A stretch of 32,000 nt of DNA, taken from assembly GCF_000299365.1 (NCBI RefSeq), contig NC_018655.1, forward strand, positions 1,590,001-1,622,000. Direction: 5' to 3'. The DNA is from Candidatus Nitrosopumilus koreensis AR1. GTDB lineage: Archaea > Thermoproteota > Nitrososphaeria > Nitrososphaerales > Nitrosopumilaceae. The first letter of the stretch is position 1. Each line of letters starts with the position of its first letter. The notes under the pieces are model-generated. The model was not told where the DNA came from, searched no databases, and saw only the letters and a program-made list of their open reading frames with translations. Made by a program: the position numbers and the translations under genes. Positions 7,721 to 16,290 of the stretch are shown here, in pieces.

Positions 7721-9162
7721 CTTTGCAAGATATTGTCTAGATTAGAATTATAATTTTGGTGGAAAACCTGAAAGGTCTTCAAATTTACTAACAAAGCAAT
7801 ACCTGGATTTGGAGTCATTCCAACACTTGCCTGAAATGGTGTCTGTTTTTGCCAAGAGCCTGAATTAACCAATAATATTCCCTTGTACATATCTAGTTGA
7901 GCCTTATGGACATGGCCTACATGAAAAATATCTGGTATGTCCTCTATTACCATAAGATCCTGCATTTCAGGAGCAATTGGGGTCTGACTGCCATAAATTG
8001 GACTCAAATGTCTGGCTCTCAGAAGATGTTTCATAACATTTGTTGGTTTGTCATAACTTAGACCAGGTGTGGTCTTGACAATATCATCAATACTTTGTCC
8101 ATGAAACATCATAACTTTAACCCCATTCAATGAGACAACAGCTGGATTTCCAACCATGATCACATTCTCTCTATCCCACAATCCTGAGTTGTATTTTTTT
8201 GGTATTGCTGGTTGAGGAAGCGCTCTTCTTCCCGGATCGTGATTTCCAGGCATTATGACTATTTTGATATTTTTTGGAATATTCTCGATCAAACCTTCCA
8301 CTTTTTTGAGTTGTTCCTCAATGGTTTGACAAACTAATTCCTTGTTTTGATTTGGATATATCCCAACTCCATCTACCACGTCCCCACAAATTAAAACAAA
8401 TCGAATTTTTCTAGCAACAGGATCAGGGCTTGATATCCAAGAAACAAAGTCTGTAAACTCTTCTTCCATGAAATATTTACTTCCAATATGCAAGTCAGAC
8501 AGAAATACTGCATATGCTTCTGACTCTGACTTGTTTGTGGCCTGATCAGGAATATCTGGCAAAATTAAATCCTTTATGATAAATCCAGAATTTTTCCCTG
8601 TACTGACCCTTACCATGACAAATTGGTCGATCAAAAGCGTGTCTGCATTTTTTTGTAACTCCTCATCAAAAATAACCCCTTCAAATGAGCCTGACGGATC
8701 CTCTAAAATCAACTTTGTTATGTTTCTCTCGCTATTTCTTGCAGTTACAAGACCACAAACATACATGTCATCCTTAGATCTTTCATTTTTTACAAAAGTT
8801 ATAGACTTTAACATCCTAGCTTCTGGCCTGTCTGAAATTATTCTTTTTAGTTTGTTAAAACGGCTAGAAAATAATGCGTTATACCCCTTTACACCCTCAC
8901 CAGTTGCTATTTTATCCGTAGGGTCCAACAAAATCTTAATTTCAGTTTCTAGTGATGGATCATCTTTGATTCCAAGATATGTTTCTAAATCATCCTGATT
9001 TATCTGAAATAATTTCTGTTTTGTTTTTTCTCTGACAATTTCCTTTATGATTCTCTCTAGTTTTCTTACATCAACATTTTCTAAGATCTTAAAAGCGTCA
9101 GGATGAATCTGGAATCCTTTGTTAAGTGCATAGTTTAACGCAAAGGACAACTCCTTTTTCAT
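7717..9162 (-). CDS. polB: DNA polymerase II (family D) small subunit DP1
   Basis: 481-aa ORF with calcineurin-like phosphoesterase motifs (LSDLHIGS, CGDVVDGVGIYP, MPGNHD, GHVH) and an OB-fold-like middle region. The size and motif order fit DP1. Confidence 0.85.
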   Translation of the reverse strand: MKKELSFALNYALNKGFQIHPDAFKILENVDVRKLERIIKEIVREKTKQKLFQINQDDLETYLGIKDDPSLETEIKILLDPTDKIATGEGVKGYNALFSSRFNKLKRIISDRPEARMLKSITFVKNERSKDDMYVCGLVTARNSERNITKLILEDPSGSFEGVIFDEELQKNADTLLIDQFVMVRVSTGKNSGFIIKDLILPDIPDQATNKSESEAYAVFLSDLHIGSKYFMEEEFTDFVSWISSPDPVARKIRFVLICGDVVDGVGIYPNQNKELVCQTIEEQLKKVEGLIENIPKNIKIVIMPGNHDPGRRALPQPAIPKKYNSGLWDRENVIMVGNPAVVSLNGVKVMMFHGQSIDDIVKTTPGLSYDKPTNVMKHLLRARHLSPIYGSQTPIAPEMQDLMVIEDIPDIFHVGHVHKAQLDMYKGILLVNSGSWQKQTPFQASVGMTPNPGIALLVNLKTFQVFHQNYNSNLDNILQS

Positions 9163-9227
9163 ATCAAAAACTATGGTTTGGTTTAATTAAATCTGCGCCT
9201 ACGCCGAACCCTCAAATATTGTTCTAA

Positions 9228-9782
9228 TTGTATTGTTTTGTGAATAAACTCCGGATTTCATTATTTTTCATATTTATGGGAATCTTTGCAGGTGCATATC
9301 ACCTTGGTTCAATATCTACAGTTAATGAAGAAGAAGCAAATACCTTCATGTCTGAATTTGAAGAGTTGGTTCTAGATATTGATGCATTTGGAATTTTTAC
9401 TCATAATACAGCAATAGCACTACCAATGTTTATTCCAGGATTTGGTGTTGGGTGGGGGATTTTTTCGGCCTGGTCAACAGGGTTTGCATTTGCAGCTATT
9501 GCCACAACAACTCCTATTTTAGATGATATACCTCCTCTTACCATTCTGTTTTTATCTCCATTTGGATTAATGGAGTTGACAGCATATTCTTTAGGAATTT
9601 CTAGAAGTTTCATTTTGATCAGAGCAATATTCAAAAAAACCAATCTCAAACAATTCATTAAACCCACTGCAATTGAAATTGGAATTGTGGTTGGATTGCT
9701 TTTAGCAGGAGGATATCTGGAATTTTATATGATTGAACTTGCTCAAGAACAAGGCATGCAAATGCCTGGGTTAGACCTCTAA
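9228..9782 (+). CDS. SpoIIM-like (DUF95) integral membrane protein
   Basis: Multi-pass hydrophobic ORF. The segment FTHNTAIALPMFIPGFGVGWGIFSAWSTGFAFA resembles the stage II sporulation protein M family signature. The start is uncertain and could be ATG 9276. Confidence 0.5.
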   Translation: MYCFVNKLRISLFFIFMGIFAGAYHLGSISTVNEEEANTFMSEFEELVLDIDAFGIFTHNTAIALPMFIPGFGVGWGIFSAWSTGFAFAAIATTTPILDDIPPLTILFLSPFGLMELTAYSLGISRSFILIRAIFKKTNLKQFIKPTAIEIGIVVGLLLAGGYLEFYMIELAQEQGMQMPGLDL

Positions 9783-9857
9783 TTTTTTAGTATTTGCCTA
9801 TTGAGTCTAAAATAATTTAGTAGCAAATTATAAACCAAATTAAAAGACAAATTTGTT

Positions 9858-10751
9858 GTGAAGTTAGCTATATCGTTATTAGCATTATTTGTAATATTCT
9901 CAGGATATTTGTTCAATAACTCCTATGCAGAAATTTCTGAAAATCAGGCATTACTTTTAGAGGGTTCTGGATTTGCCGTAACCGAAGAACAAATCAAATT
10001 TACTGAAATTGATCTAGGTATATCCTCTCATGAACAGCGTGGTAGCACAATTAATTTTGTAATTGAAGATGGGTTTCTTACACTAGATGATGAGGAATTT
10101 ATTATTTCAGAACTGGAAGGGAAATTTTTGCGTGAAGGCCGTTATATTAGAATTAATGGAAATATAGAAAGTTCTGATGAGTTTGATACTACCATTAGTT
10201 TCTTTGGAAGACTAGTTGCAGAAAGCAAAGACGCATCAATCTATGGTTTTACTGGTAGAATTACAACATCTGATGACACATACAAAATCATTTACACTAC
10301 AAAATTATCTACATTATCAAAAATTGTTGAAGCAGATACAATAGAGGAACCAAAAGGACTTACAATTAGTATCCTTAAAGGCGCTTCCTTGAAAGGTGTT
10401 TCAGATAGTTATATTGGATTAATAGGTAGTTCAGCAAAATTAGGATATTTTTCAAATGATAGAATCTCAATAGAACCTGGCACAACAATTACTATGATGA
10501 ATAACGATGTTGTATCTCATAGTATTCTCAGTGGAAAAGAAAATTACGGTGATAGACATAATCCATTTGATCCAGATGGAAGAATTTCAACTGGAGATAT
10601 TGCACCAGGAAAATCAATCAACATAACGTTTCATGAAGCAGGATTCTACAGATTATATGATCCAGACTATCCTTGGATGAAAATTATTGCATATGTATTT
10701 CCAAGTTCAGATTCTTTAGTTCTTAGACAAGGCCAGAATCTAGGAAACTAG
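9858..10751 (+). CDS. exported protein with a C-terminal cupredoxin-like domain lacking the Cys ligand
   Basis: A GTG start is followed by a signal-peptide-like segment (MKLAISLLALFVIFSGYLFNNSYA). The C-terminus (ISIEPGTTITMMNNDVVSHS...GFYRLYDPDYPWMKIIAYVF) follows the plastocyanin-like pattern but has no Cys. Confidence 0.55.
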   Translation: MKLAISLLALFVIFSGYLFNNSYAEISENQALLLEGSGFAVTEEQIKFTEIDLGISSHEQRGSTINFVIEDGFLTLDDEEFIISELEGKFLREGRYIRINGNIESSDEFDTTISFFGRLVAESKDASIYGFTGRITTSDDTYKIIYTTKLSTLSKIVEADTIEEPKGLTISILKGASLKGVSDSYIGLIGSSAKLGYFSNDRISIEPGTTITMMNNDVVSHSILSGKENYGDRHNPFDPDGRISTGDIAPGKSINITFHEAGFYRLYDPDYPWMKIIAYVFPSSDSLVLRQGQNLGN

Positions 10752-11464
10752 TTTTCCCATTGCCATCTATAATTCATGTATGAATCTAGGTTTGATTGAT
10801 TAAATACCATGACTGATAAATCTGAAAATTCTTTTCCTTCCAAATCTTTTACAGTTCCTGTAAACCTAGTCTCGTTTTCAGTAGTTATTGCTTCAAAAAC
10901 ATGAACCTTTATCTTTTCAGTATCAAATCCATTCTTACGAAGATAAACTGCAATTTCTGATGGCATAAAATGCTTGTCTGGTTGTTTTGGCCAAGGTCTT
11001 GGGACTAAAACAACACTAAATCCATCAATCAATGCTTTTTGCAGCTCTAATTTTTTGTCTTCAATTGGAGTTGTTACATGCATTGTAATTACTTTGGATT
11101 TATCAAGTGGTACTTGTGCTTTTGATGCTGCCACTTGGATTGAACTAATTCCTGGAATAATTTCCACTTTTCCAAAAATTTCTATTAGTCTATCGACAAC
11201 TTCTGATTCTGAAAAATTTACATCTCCTGTGAATGGTATTACCAAAGTCTTATCTCCTAATTTTGGAAGGATTTCTTGATATGATTTTTCTTGATCATTC
11301 ATTGTAATCTCATGAACATCTTTGCCTTGGAGAAGATGTTCAATTGTTTTTAGAGTGTATTTGTACCCAATAACAATATCACAACTTTGAATAATTTCTC
11401 TTACAATTTCTGTTACGTATTTTGGTGAACCTGGACCAACACCAACAGCGAAAACTTTTCCCAA
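10748..11464 (-). CDS. cbiE: tetrapyrrole (precorrin) methyltransferase, CbiE-like
   Basis: The N-terminal VGVGPGSPKYVT motif and IIPGISSIQVAASKAQVPL are typical of cobalamin-pathway SAM methylases. The overall layout is closest to CbiE, but the subfamily is uncertain. Confidence 0.6.
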   Translation of the reverse strand: MGKVFAVGVGPGSPKYVTEIVREIIQSCDIVIGYKYTLKTIEHLLQGKDVHEITMNDQEKSYQEILPKLGDKTLVIPFTGDVNFSESEVVDRLIEIFGKVEIIPGISSIQVAASKAQVPLDKSKVITMHVTTPIEDKKLELQKALIDGFSVVLVPRPWPKQPDKHFMPSEIAVYLRKNGFDTEKIKVHVFEAITTENETRFTGTVKDLEGKEFSDLSVMVFNQSNLDSYMNYRWQWEN

Positions 11465-11466
11465 TT

Positions 11467-11958
11467 TTACTTTGTAAATTTCTGTCTGTCTTTAATATAT
11501 TGCACAAAAGGTGCCCAATCTACCTTCATGTATTTTGTAGGCTCTTTTGCAGGATATTTTACCCAATCTTGGGCAACAGAGTATTGAAACTTCTCTTTTT
11601 TCCCATTTTTTTCATATTCTAATTGTAAAACACTGCCCCAAGTCTTTTCCTCAAAACTAATACTGGAAATATCGTCAAACCCTAATTCCACATTTCGTTC
11701 ATCTTCTACATCATTCATCAATTCATCCTCGTCATATCCATCATGACGAATCATCGTATTTTTTGATTTGATAAAATTTATCACCTGTCTTTGAGTAATA
11801 GCTTTCCACCATTTCATTTTGGCTTCTGTCTTGTGAATAAACATTAGATGTTTATCAGTAAGGACTAACATTCCTTCTTTGCCTCCAATTGATAGAAATT
11901 TTCTTGATTCTCTCCACACTGATACAATATGTGCCTGAATCTTTTCATCAGGTTGCAT
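11467..11958 (-). CDS. hypothetical protein, possibly a PH/GRAM-like fold
   Basis: 163-aa ORF packed 2 nt from the cbiE-like gene. GMLVLTDKHLMFIHK is reminiscent of bacterial PH domains. The domain call is weak. Confidence 0.45.
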   Translation of the reverse strand: MQPDEKIQAHIVSVWRESRKFLSIGGKEGMLVLTDKHLMFIHKTEAKMKWWKAITQRQVINFIKSKNTMIRHDGYDEDELMNDVEDERNVELGFDDISSISFEEKTWGSVLQLEYEKNGKKEKFQYSVAQDWVKYPAKEPTKYMKVDWAPFVQYIKDRQKFTK

Positions 11959-12030
11959 ATCGATAATCTATTTGACTTTGTTAAAAACTAATACAATTGG
12001 CTTTTAAGTGAGATCCATAGGGGAAAAATA

Positions 12031-13566
12031 TTGAAGAAAATATTTCTTGCAATTACATTTTCGTTACTTTTTGTGGGAGTTGTAAATCAAGCAACTGCTC
12101 AATCAGTTGAGTTTAATCCAATTCAAATAATGGATCCAGTAGTAATTATTGAAACTAATTTAGGGAAAATTGTAATAGGGTTTTTCCCAAATGATGCGCC
12201 AAAACATGTAGAAAATTTTCTTAAATTGTCGACTTCTGGATTTTATGATGGAACACTTTTTCATAGAATAATTCCAGGTTTTATGATCCAAGGTGGTGAT
12301 CCAAACACAATTGATGGTGATCCAAACACTTGGGGAACCGGTGGCCCAGAAAAAAGATTGGATGCTGAGTTTAACACAATCAAACATAATCGTGGAATTG
12401 TTTCAATGGCAAGATCTGCTGATCCAAATAGTGGTGGTTCACAATTTTTCATAGTTCACCAAGATTCTAATTTTCTTGATGAACAATATACTGTGTTTGG
12501 AAGAATTGTAACTGAAGAAAGTTTTGAAACACTTGACAAAATTGCAGCAGTTGAAACTAATGAAAAGGATGCCCCTGTAGATCCTGAACAGGTTAGAATA
12601 ACTAAAGTTACAGTTGTCAGCCGATCTGAAATTCCTGACTTGATTGAATTAACAGAGCCTGACCGAATTCAGACTGATGTTTTACCACCTACTGGAAACC
12701 AACAATTCGAAAGTGAAGAATATGATATTGCATTTGATGTACCTGAAGGCTGGCTCTTACAACAACCTGAAAAAACACAAGAAAACTCACCTGACTTTGT
12801 TGCAGTAGGACCTAAAGTAGGAAACATGAATCCTGTCTTTTCCTTAACAATACTTCCTACCGAACAGAAAACTTTGGATGATCTTATTGTGGAAAAAACT
12901 GATCAACTAACAGAAGTTATTGAATCAGGACAGTTGAACCTAATTTCAAAGGATAAAACCACAATTAATGGAAACGATGCATATGTAATTAATGCAGAAG
13001 GGCTCTTTTCTGCTAATGGCCAAAATTATAATGTAAAATTCAAAGAAGTTACCATTTATGATTTGGATAACTATTACACATTTTCATATAGTAACGGAAT
13101 CGATGATTTTGATTCACACCTTGAAAGATTTGATAAAACAATAGATTCTTTCAAAAAATTATCTGAAGAAACACCAACTAATGGAACTGATGAAAATGGT
13201 GGGTGTTTGATTGCAACTGCTACATTTGGCTCTGAGATGGCACCACAAGTACAACAGCTAAGAGAACTTAGAGACAATACCCTTCTTGCAACAGAATCAG
13301 GAACTACATTTATGACAACTTTTAATCAATTCTATTATTCATTCTCGCCAACCATTGCTGATCTAGAGCGTGAATCCCCACTGTTCAAAGAAATTGTAAG
13401 ATTATCAATAACTCCAATGTTGTCTACCCTTTCAATTCTAAACTATGCTGAAATTAATTCTGAACACGAGATGATCTCTTATGGTGTAAGTATTATTCTA
13501 ATGAACATTGGAATGTATTTTATTGCACCTGCAATAATCATCTATAAAATTAGAAAACTAAACTAA
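12031..13566 (+). CDS. exported cyclophilin-type peptidyl-prolyl isomerase fused to a PsbP-like domain and a C-terminal Cys-box membrane anchor
   Basis: It has a signal peptide (MKKIFLAITFSLLFVGVVNQATA) and cyclophilin hallmarks (FHRIIPGFMIQGGDP, GGSQFFI). The middle domain has a PsbP/DUF1795-like pattern (FDVPEGW...). The C-terminus has GGCLIATATFGSEMAPQVQQLRELRD followed by hydrophobic helices. Confidence 0.85.
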   Translation: MKKIFLAITFSLLFVGVVNQATAQSVEFNPIQIMDPVVIIETNLGKIVIGFFPNDAPKHVENFLKLSTSGFYDGTLFHRIIPGFMIQGGDPNTIDGDPNTWGTGGPEKRLDAEFNTIKHNRGIVSMARSADPNSGGSQFFIVHQDSNFLDEQYTVFGRIVTEESFETLDKIAAVETNEKDAPVDPEQVRITKVTVVSRSEIPDLIELTEPDRIQTDVLPPTGNQQFESEEYDIAFDVPEGWLLQQPEKTQENSPDFVAVGPKVGNMNPVFSLTILPTEQKTLDDLIVEKTDQLTEVIESGQLNLISKDKTTINGNDAYVINAEGLFSANGQNYNVKFKEVTIYDLDNYYTFSYSNGIDDFDSHLERFDKTIDSFKKLSEETPTNGTDENGGCLIATATFGSEMAPQVQQLRELRDNTLLATESGTTFMTTFNQFYYSFSPTIADLERESPLFKEIVRLSITPMLSTLSILNYAEINSEHEMISYGVSIILMNIGMYFIAPAIIIYKIRKLN

Positions 13567-14923
13567 TTACCAAACATCATCAACTTCATCAAGAACCTTG
13601 TATTCTTTTTCTGGCTCACGTCTCATGAATTTCAATCTTGAGATGTCTCTATCAAAAATTGCATCAGCTACCCAATCAAGAAACACTCTAACTCGTTTAT
13701 TCCATGTTGGAATTTTTGAGAGGTAGATATTTCTCCAAAGGAACCATGCAAAAATTCCATGAATATTCATTCCCAAAAATGATGCAATTCCAGTTCTTTT
13801 TCCAATAATTGCCATCTGACCTTTTGATTCGTATGTAAATTCAGTTTTTTCTCCATTTCTAATTAAAGCATGAAGATTTTTTGCAGCAATTTTTTGCTTG
13901 AGCTTCTGCAATTTGTGCAGTTGGAGCAAATGGCCTTTTAGTATTAGGATCTATAAATAATGCACAATCTCCTATTGCAAACACGCCTGGGAAATCATTT
14001 ACCTCTAAATTTTTATCAACAATGATTTTTCCCTTATCTGTTTTGAATAATGATCTTTTGATGGTATTGACCGGTGTTACACCTGCAGTCCAAATTACAG
14101 TCTTTGATTGAATTGAACTTACAATTGAATCGTCAATTGCATCTTTATCAACATCTAATCTCTTTATCATGACCTCATCACCATTAAAACTGGTTACAGC
14201 TGTTTGCAACTTAATTTCAATTCCATGTTCTGTTAGTTTTTTTTGTGCAAACTTTGCAAGACTTTCAGAAAAACCTGGTAAGATATTTGGTAATGCCTCT
14301 AAAACTACAACTCGAATATCTTCTTTTTTGATATTTGGATAATACTTTCTGACATCCAGTAAGAGATCCACTATTTCTCCTGCAGTTTCAATTCCTGCAA
14401 ATCCTCCACCAACAACGACAAAAGTTAGAAGACTGTGTTTTAGAATTGGGTTGGTTTCATTTTCTGCCTGCTCTAACATATCTATCATTCTATTTCTAAC
14501 CATAACTGCATCGTTGAGTGTCTTCATTTGATAGGCATTTTTTTCAAGATCACTCATTCCAAAAAAGTTAGTTTCACTCCCTAATGCTACTACAAGAAAA
14601 TCATAATGGAGTGAAATCCCTCTCTTGTTGCCACTTCCCCACAAATTTACAATCTTTCCGTAAGGATCAATGTTTTTGACTCTACCTTCATAGAAAATTG
14701 CTTTTTTTGTAATTGTTCTAATTGGCATAACGATATGTCTGGTTTCAATCATTCCGGATGCCACTTGGGGCAACATTGGAGTGAATAAAAGAAAATTATC
14801 CTCACTGACTAAAACAATTTCAATTTCTGAATCATTTTTGAAATATTTTTCTAATTGCCTGGTGCACTCTAATCCTGCAAAACCGCCACCTAAAACGACA
14901 ATTTTCTTCTTATTTCGAGCCAT
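13567..14923 (-). pseudogene. ndh: type-II NADH dehydrogenase-like FAD/NAD(P) oxidoreductase, split by a frameshift in a T6/A6 run
   Basis: Dinucleotide-binding motifs are present (VVLGGGFAGLE, VVVGGGFAGIE) together with GDCA. The reading frame changes at 13890-13895. Frame A ends ..APTAQIAEAQAK and frame B continues IAAKNLHALIRNGEK..IIGKRTGIA. Confidence 0.8.
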
Positions 14924-14995
14924 TTGCTTACCCCAGAAAAATACTGAATATATCCTATAAGCTTATTTTCTCAAATTATTCTCATATCTGCCTAT

Positions 14996-15661
14996 TTAGG
15001 CTCTAATGATATCTGAATGTAAGATCTCATACGCTTTAGATGCGTCTTTTTCATTTAGAATAATTATAATGCTATCTTGGCTGAAAAAGGCATTAACAAG
15101 TTCAATGCCGTTTGCATGTAATACTTCAGCAACATATGAGACAACGTCTGACTTATTTTGTGAATTTGGTATCGTGATCATGATTTTTGCAAGACCCGTA
15201 CTGAAAATATCATCACTATTTGGGATATTGCCAAAAATTTGCCTAATGTCTTCCACATCTTCTGTAAGAAATCTAAACGAATCGGACATTCTAAAAAATT
15301 CATAGTTATTGGTAATCTTTGAGAATTTGTCTAAAATTTCCATTGGATTCATTTGGTTAGAATCTTTGATTGAAAATTTGATATCCATTATTCCATCTGT
15401 TAATACCAATCTTGCGTTCTTCAAAATTGGTTCTTCTCTTACCTCTTCTTTGATTTCAAATGAATCTGCATATCTCTTGATTGCTACGACTATTGTATTG
15501 AGGTTAACTCTGTTTCCTAGAATCTTTTCTATCTCTGGTTGAATTTTTACTGCTAAAGCTGTATAATTTATCAAATCCATTTTCATACAATCATAAATTG
15601 AACGATTTCTGGTAATTATCTCCCTGACAACCTCAGGTACAGACATGCTTGCTATTCTCAT
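14996..15661 (-). CDS. ACT-domain protein, predicted regulator of amino-acid metabolism (COG2150-like)
   Basis: 221-aa ORF. The C-terminal segment (IMITIPNSQNKSDVVSYVAEVLHANGIELVNAF..IIIILNEKDASKAYEIL) looks like an ACT fold. The assignment is tentative. Confidence 0.45.
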   Translation of the reverse strand: MRIASMSVPEVVREIITRNRSIYDCMKMDLINYTALAVKIQPEIEKILGNRVNLNTIVVAIKRYADSFEIKEEVREEPILKNARLVLTDGIMDIKFSIKDSNQMNPMEILDKFSKITNNYEFFRMSDSFRFLTEDVEDIRQIFGNIPNSDDIFSTGLAKIMITIPNSQNKSDVVSYVAEVLHANGIELVNAFFSQDSIIIILNEKDASKAYEILHSDIIRA

Positions 15662-15759
15662 TAAGATTATTATATTATGTCAGTTATAATAGGATTATGT
15701 AAGAAATCAAAGATATATCAATAATCTTTATATAATGTCATATACATTACATATTATAG

Positions 15760-16263
15760 GTGAATATGACAATGTTCTTTGATAGTGAAATCGATAGAAT
15801 CTTCAAGAGAATGTCTAGATCTTTTTTTAACACCAATGACATTTTTGAGGAATTCAAGGGAAATGGTTCTGAATCTGGTCCATTTTATTATGGTTATACA
15901 ATGACCGTGGGCCCTGATGGAAAACCTGTTGTACAAGAATATGGAAATGTTAAACCAGGACAACTTCCAGCTTCTGATACACGAGAACCAATTGTTGACA
16001 CAATTGTTGATGAAAAAGAAAAAGTTGTAAAACTCATAGCAGAAATGCCAGGAGTTGAAAAGACTGATGTCAAAATTGTTGTTGACAATAAAGTTGTAGA
16101 TCTTTCTGCAGAACATGGTGATAAGAAATATCATGTTAAAGTACCAGTACAACACAAAGTTGATGAAAACTCTGCAAAAGCTTCCTACAAAAATGGAATT
16201 TTACAACTAGTCTTCAAATTAATTGAAGAAAAACCAACTGGTAAAAAGGTGGAGGTTGAATAA
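15760..16263 (+). CDS. small heat-shock protein, Hsp20/alpha-crystallin family
   Basis: It has the alpha-crystallin domain pattern (VVKLIAEMPGVEKTDVKIVVDNKVVDLSAEH...AKASYKNGILQLVF). Confidence 0.85.
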   Translation: MNMTMFFDSEIDRIFKRMSRSFFNTNDIFEEFKGNGSESGPFYYGYTMTVGPDGKPVVQEYGNVKPGQLPASDTREPIVDTIVDEKEKVVKLIAEMPGVEKTDVKIVVDNKVVDLSAEHGDKKYHVKVPVQHKVDENSAKASYKNGILQLVFKLIEEKPTGKKVEVE

Positions 16264-16290
16264 TCCTCCCTTAATTTTTGAGGTAAAAAA

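Noticed and set aside
9194-9212. GC-rich 19-mer GCGCCTACGCCGAACCCTC in the DP1/SpoIIM-like divergent intergenic region, which shares CGCCT with the ORB.
   Set aside because: The similarity to the ORB does not extend beyond 5 nt. There is no repeat or palindrome partner. It may be a promoter-proximal site, but the evidence is insufficient.
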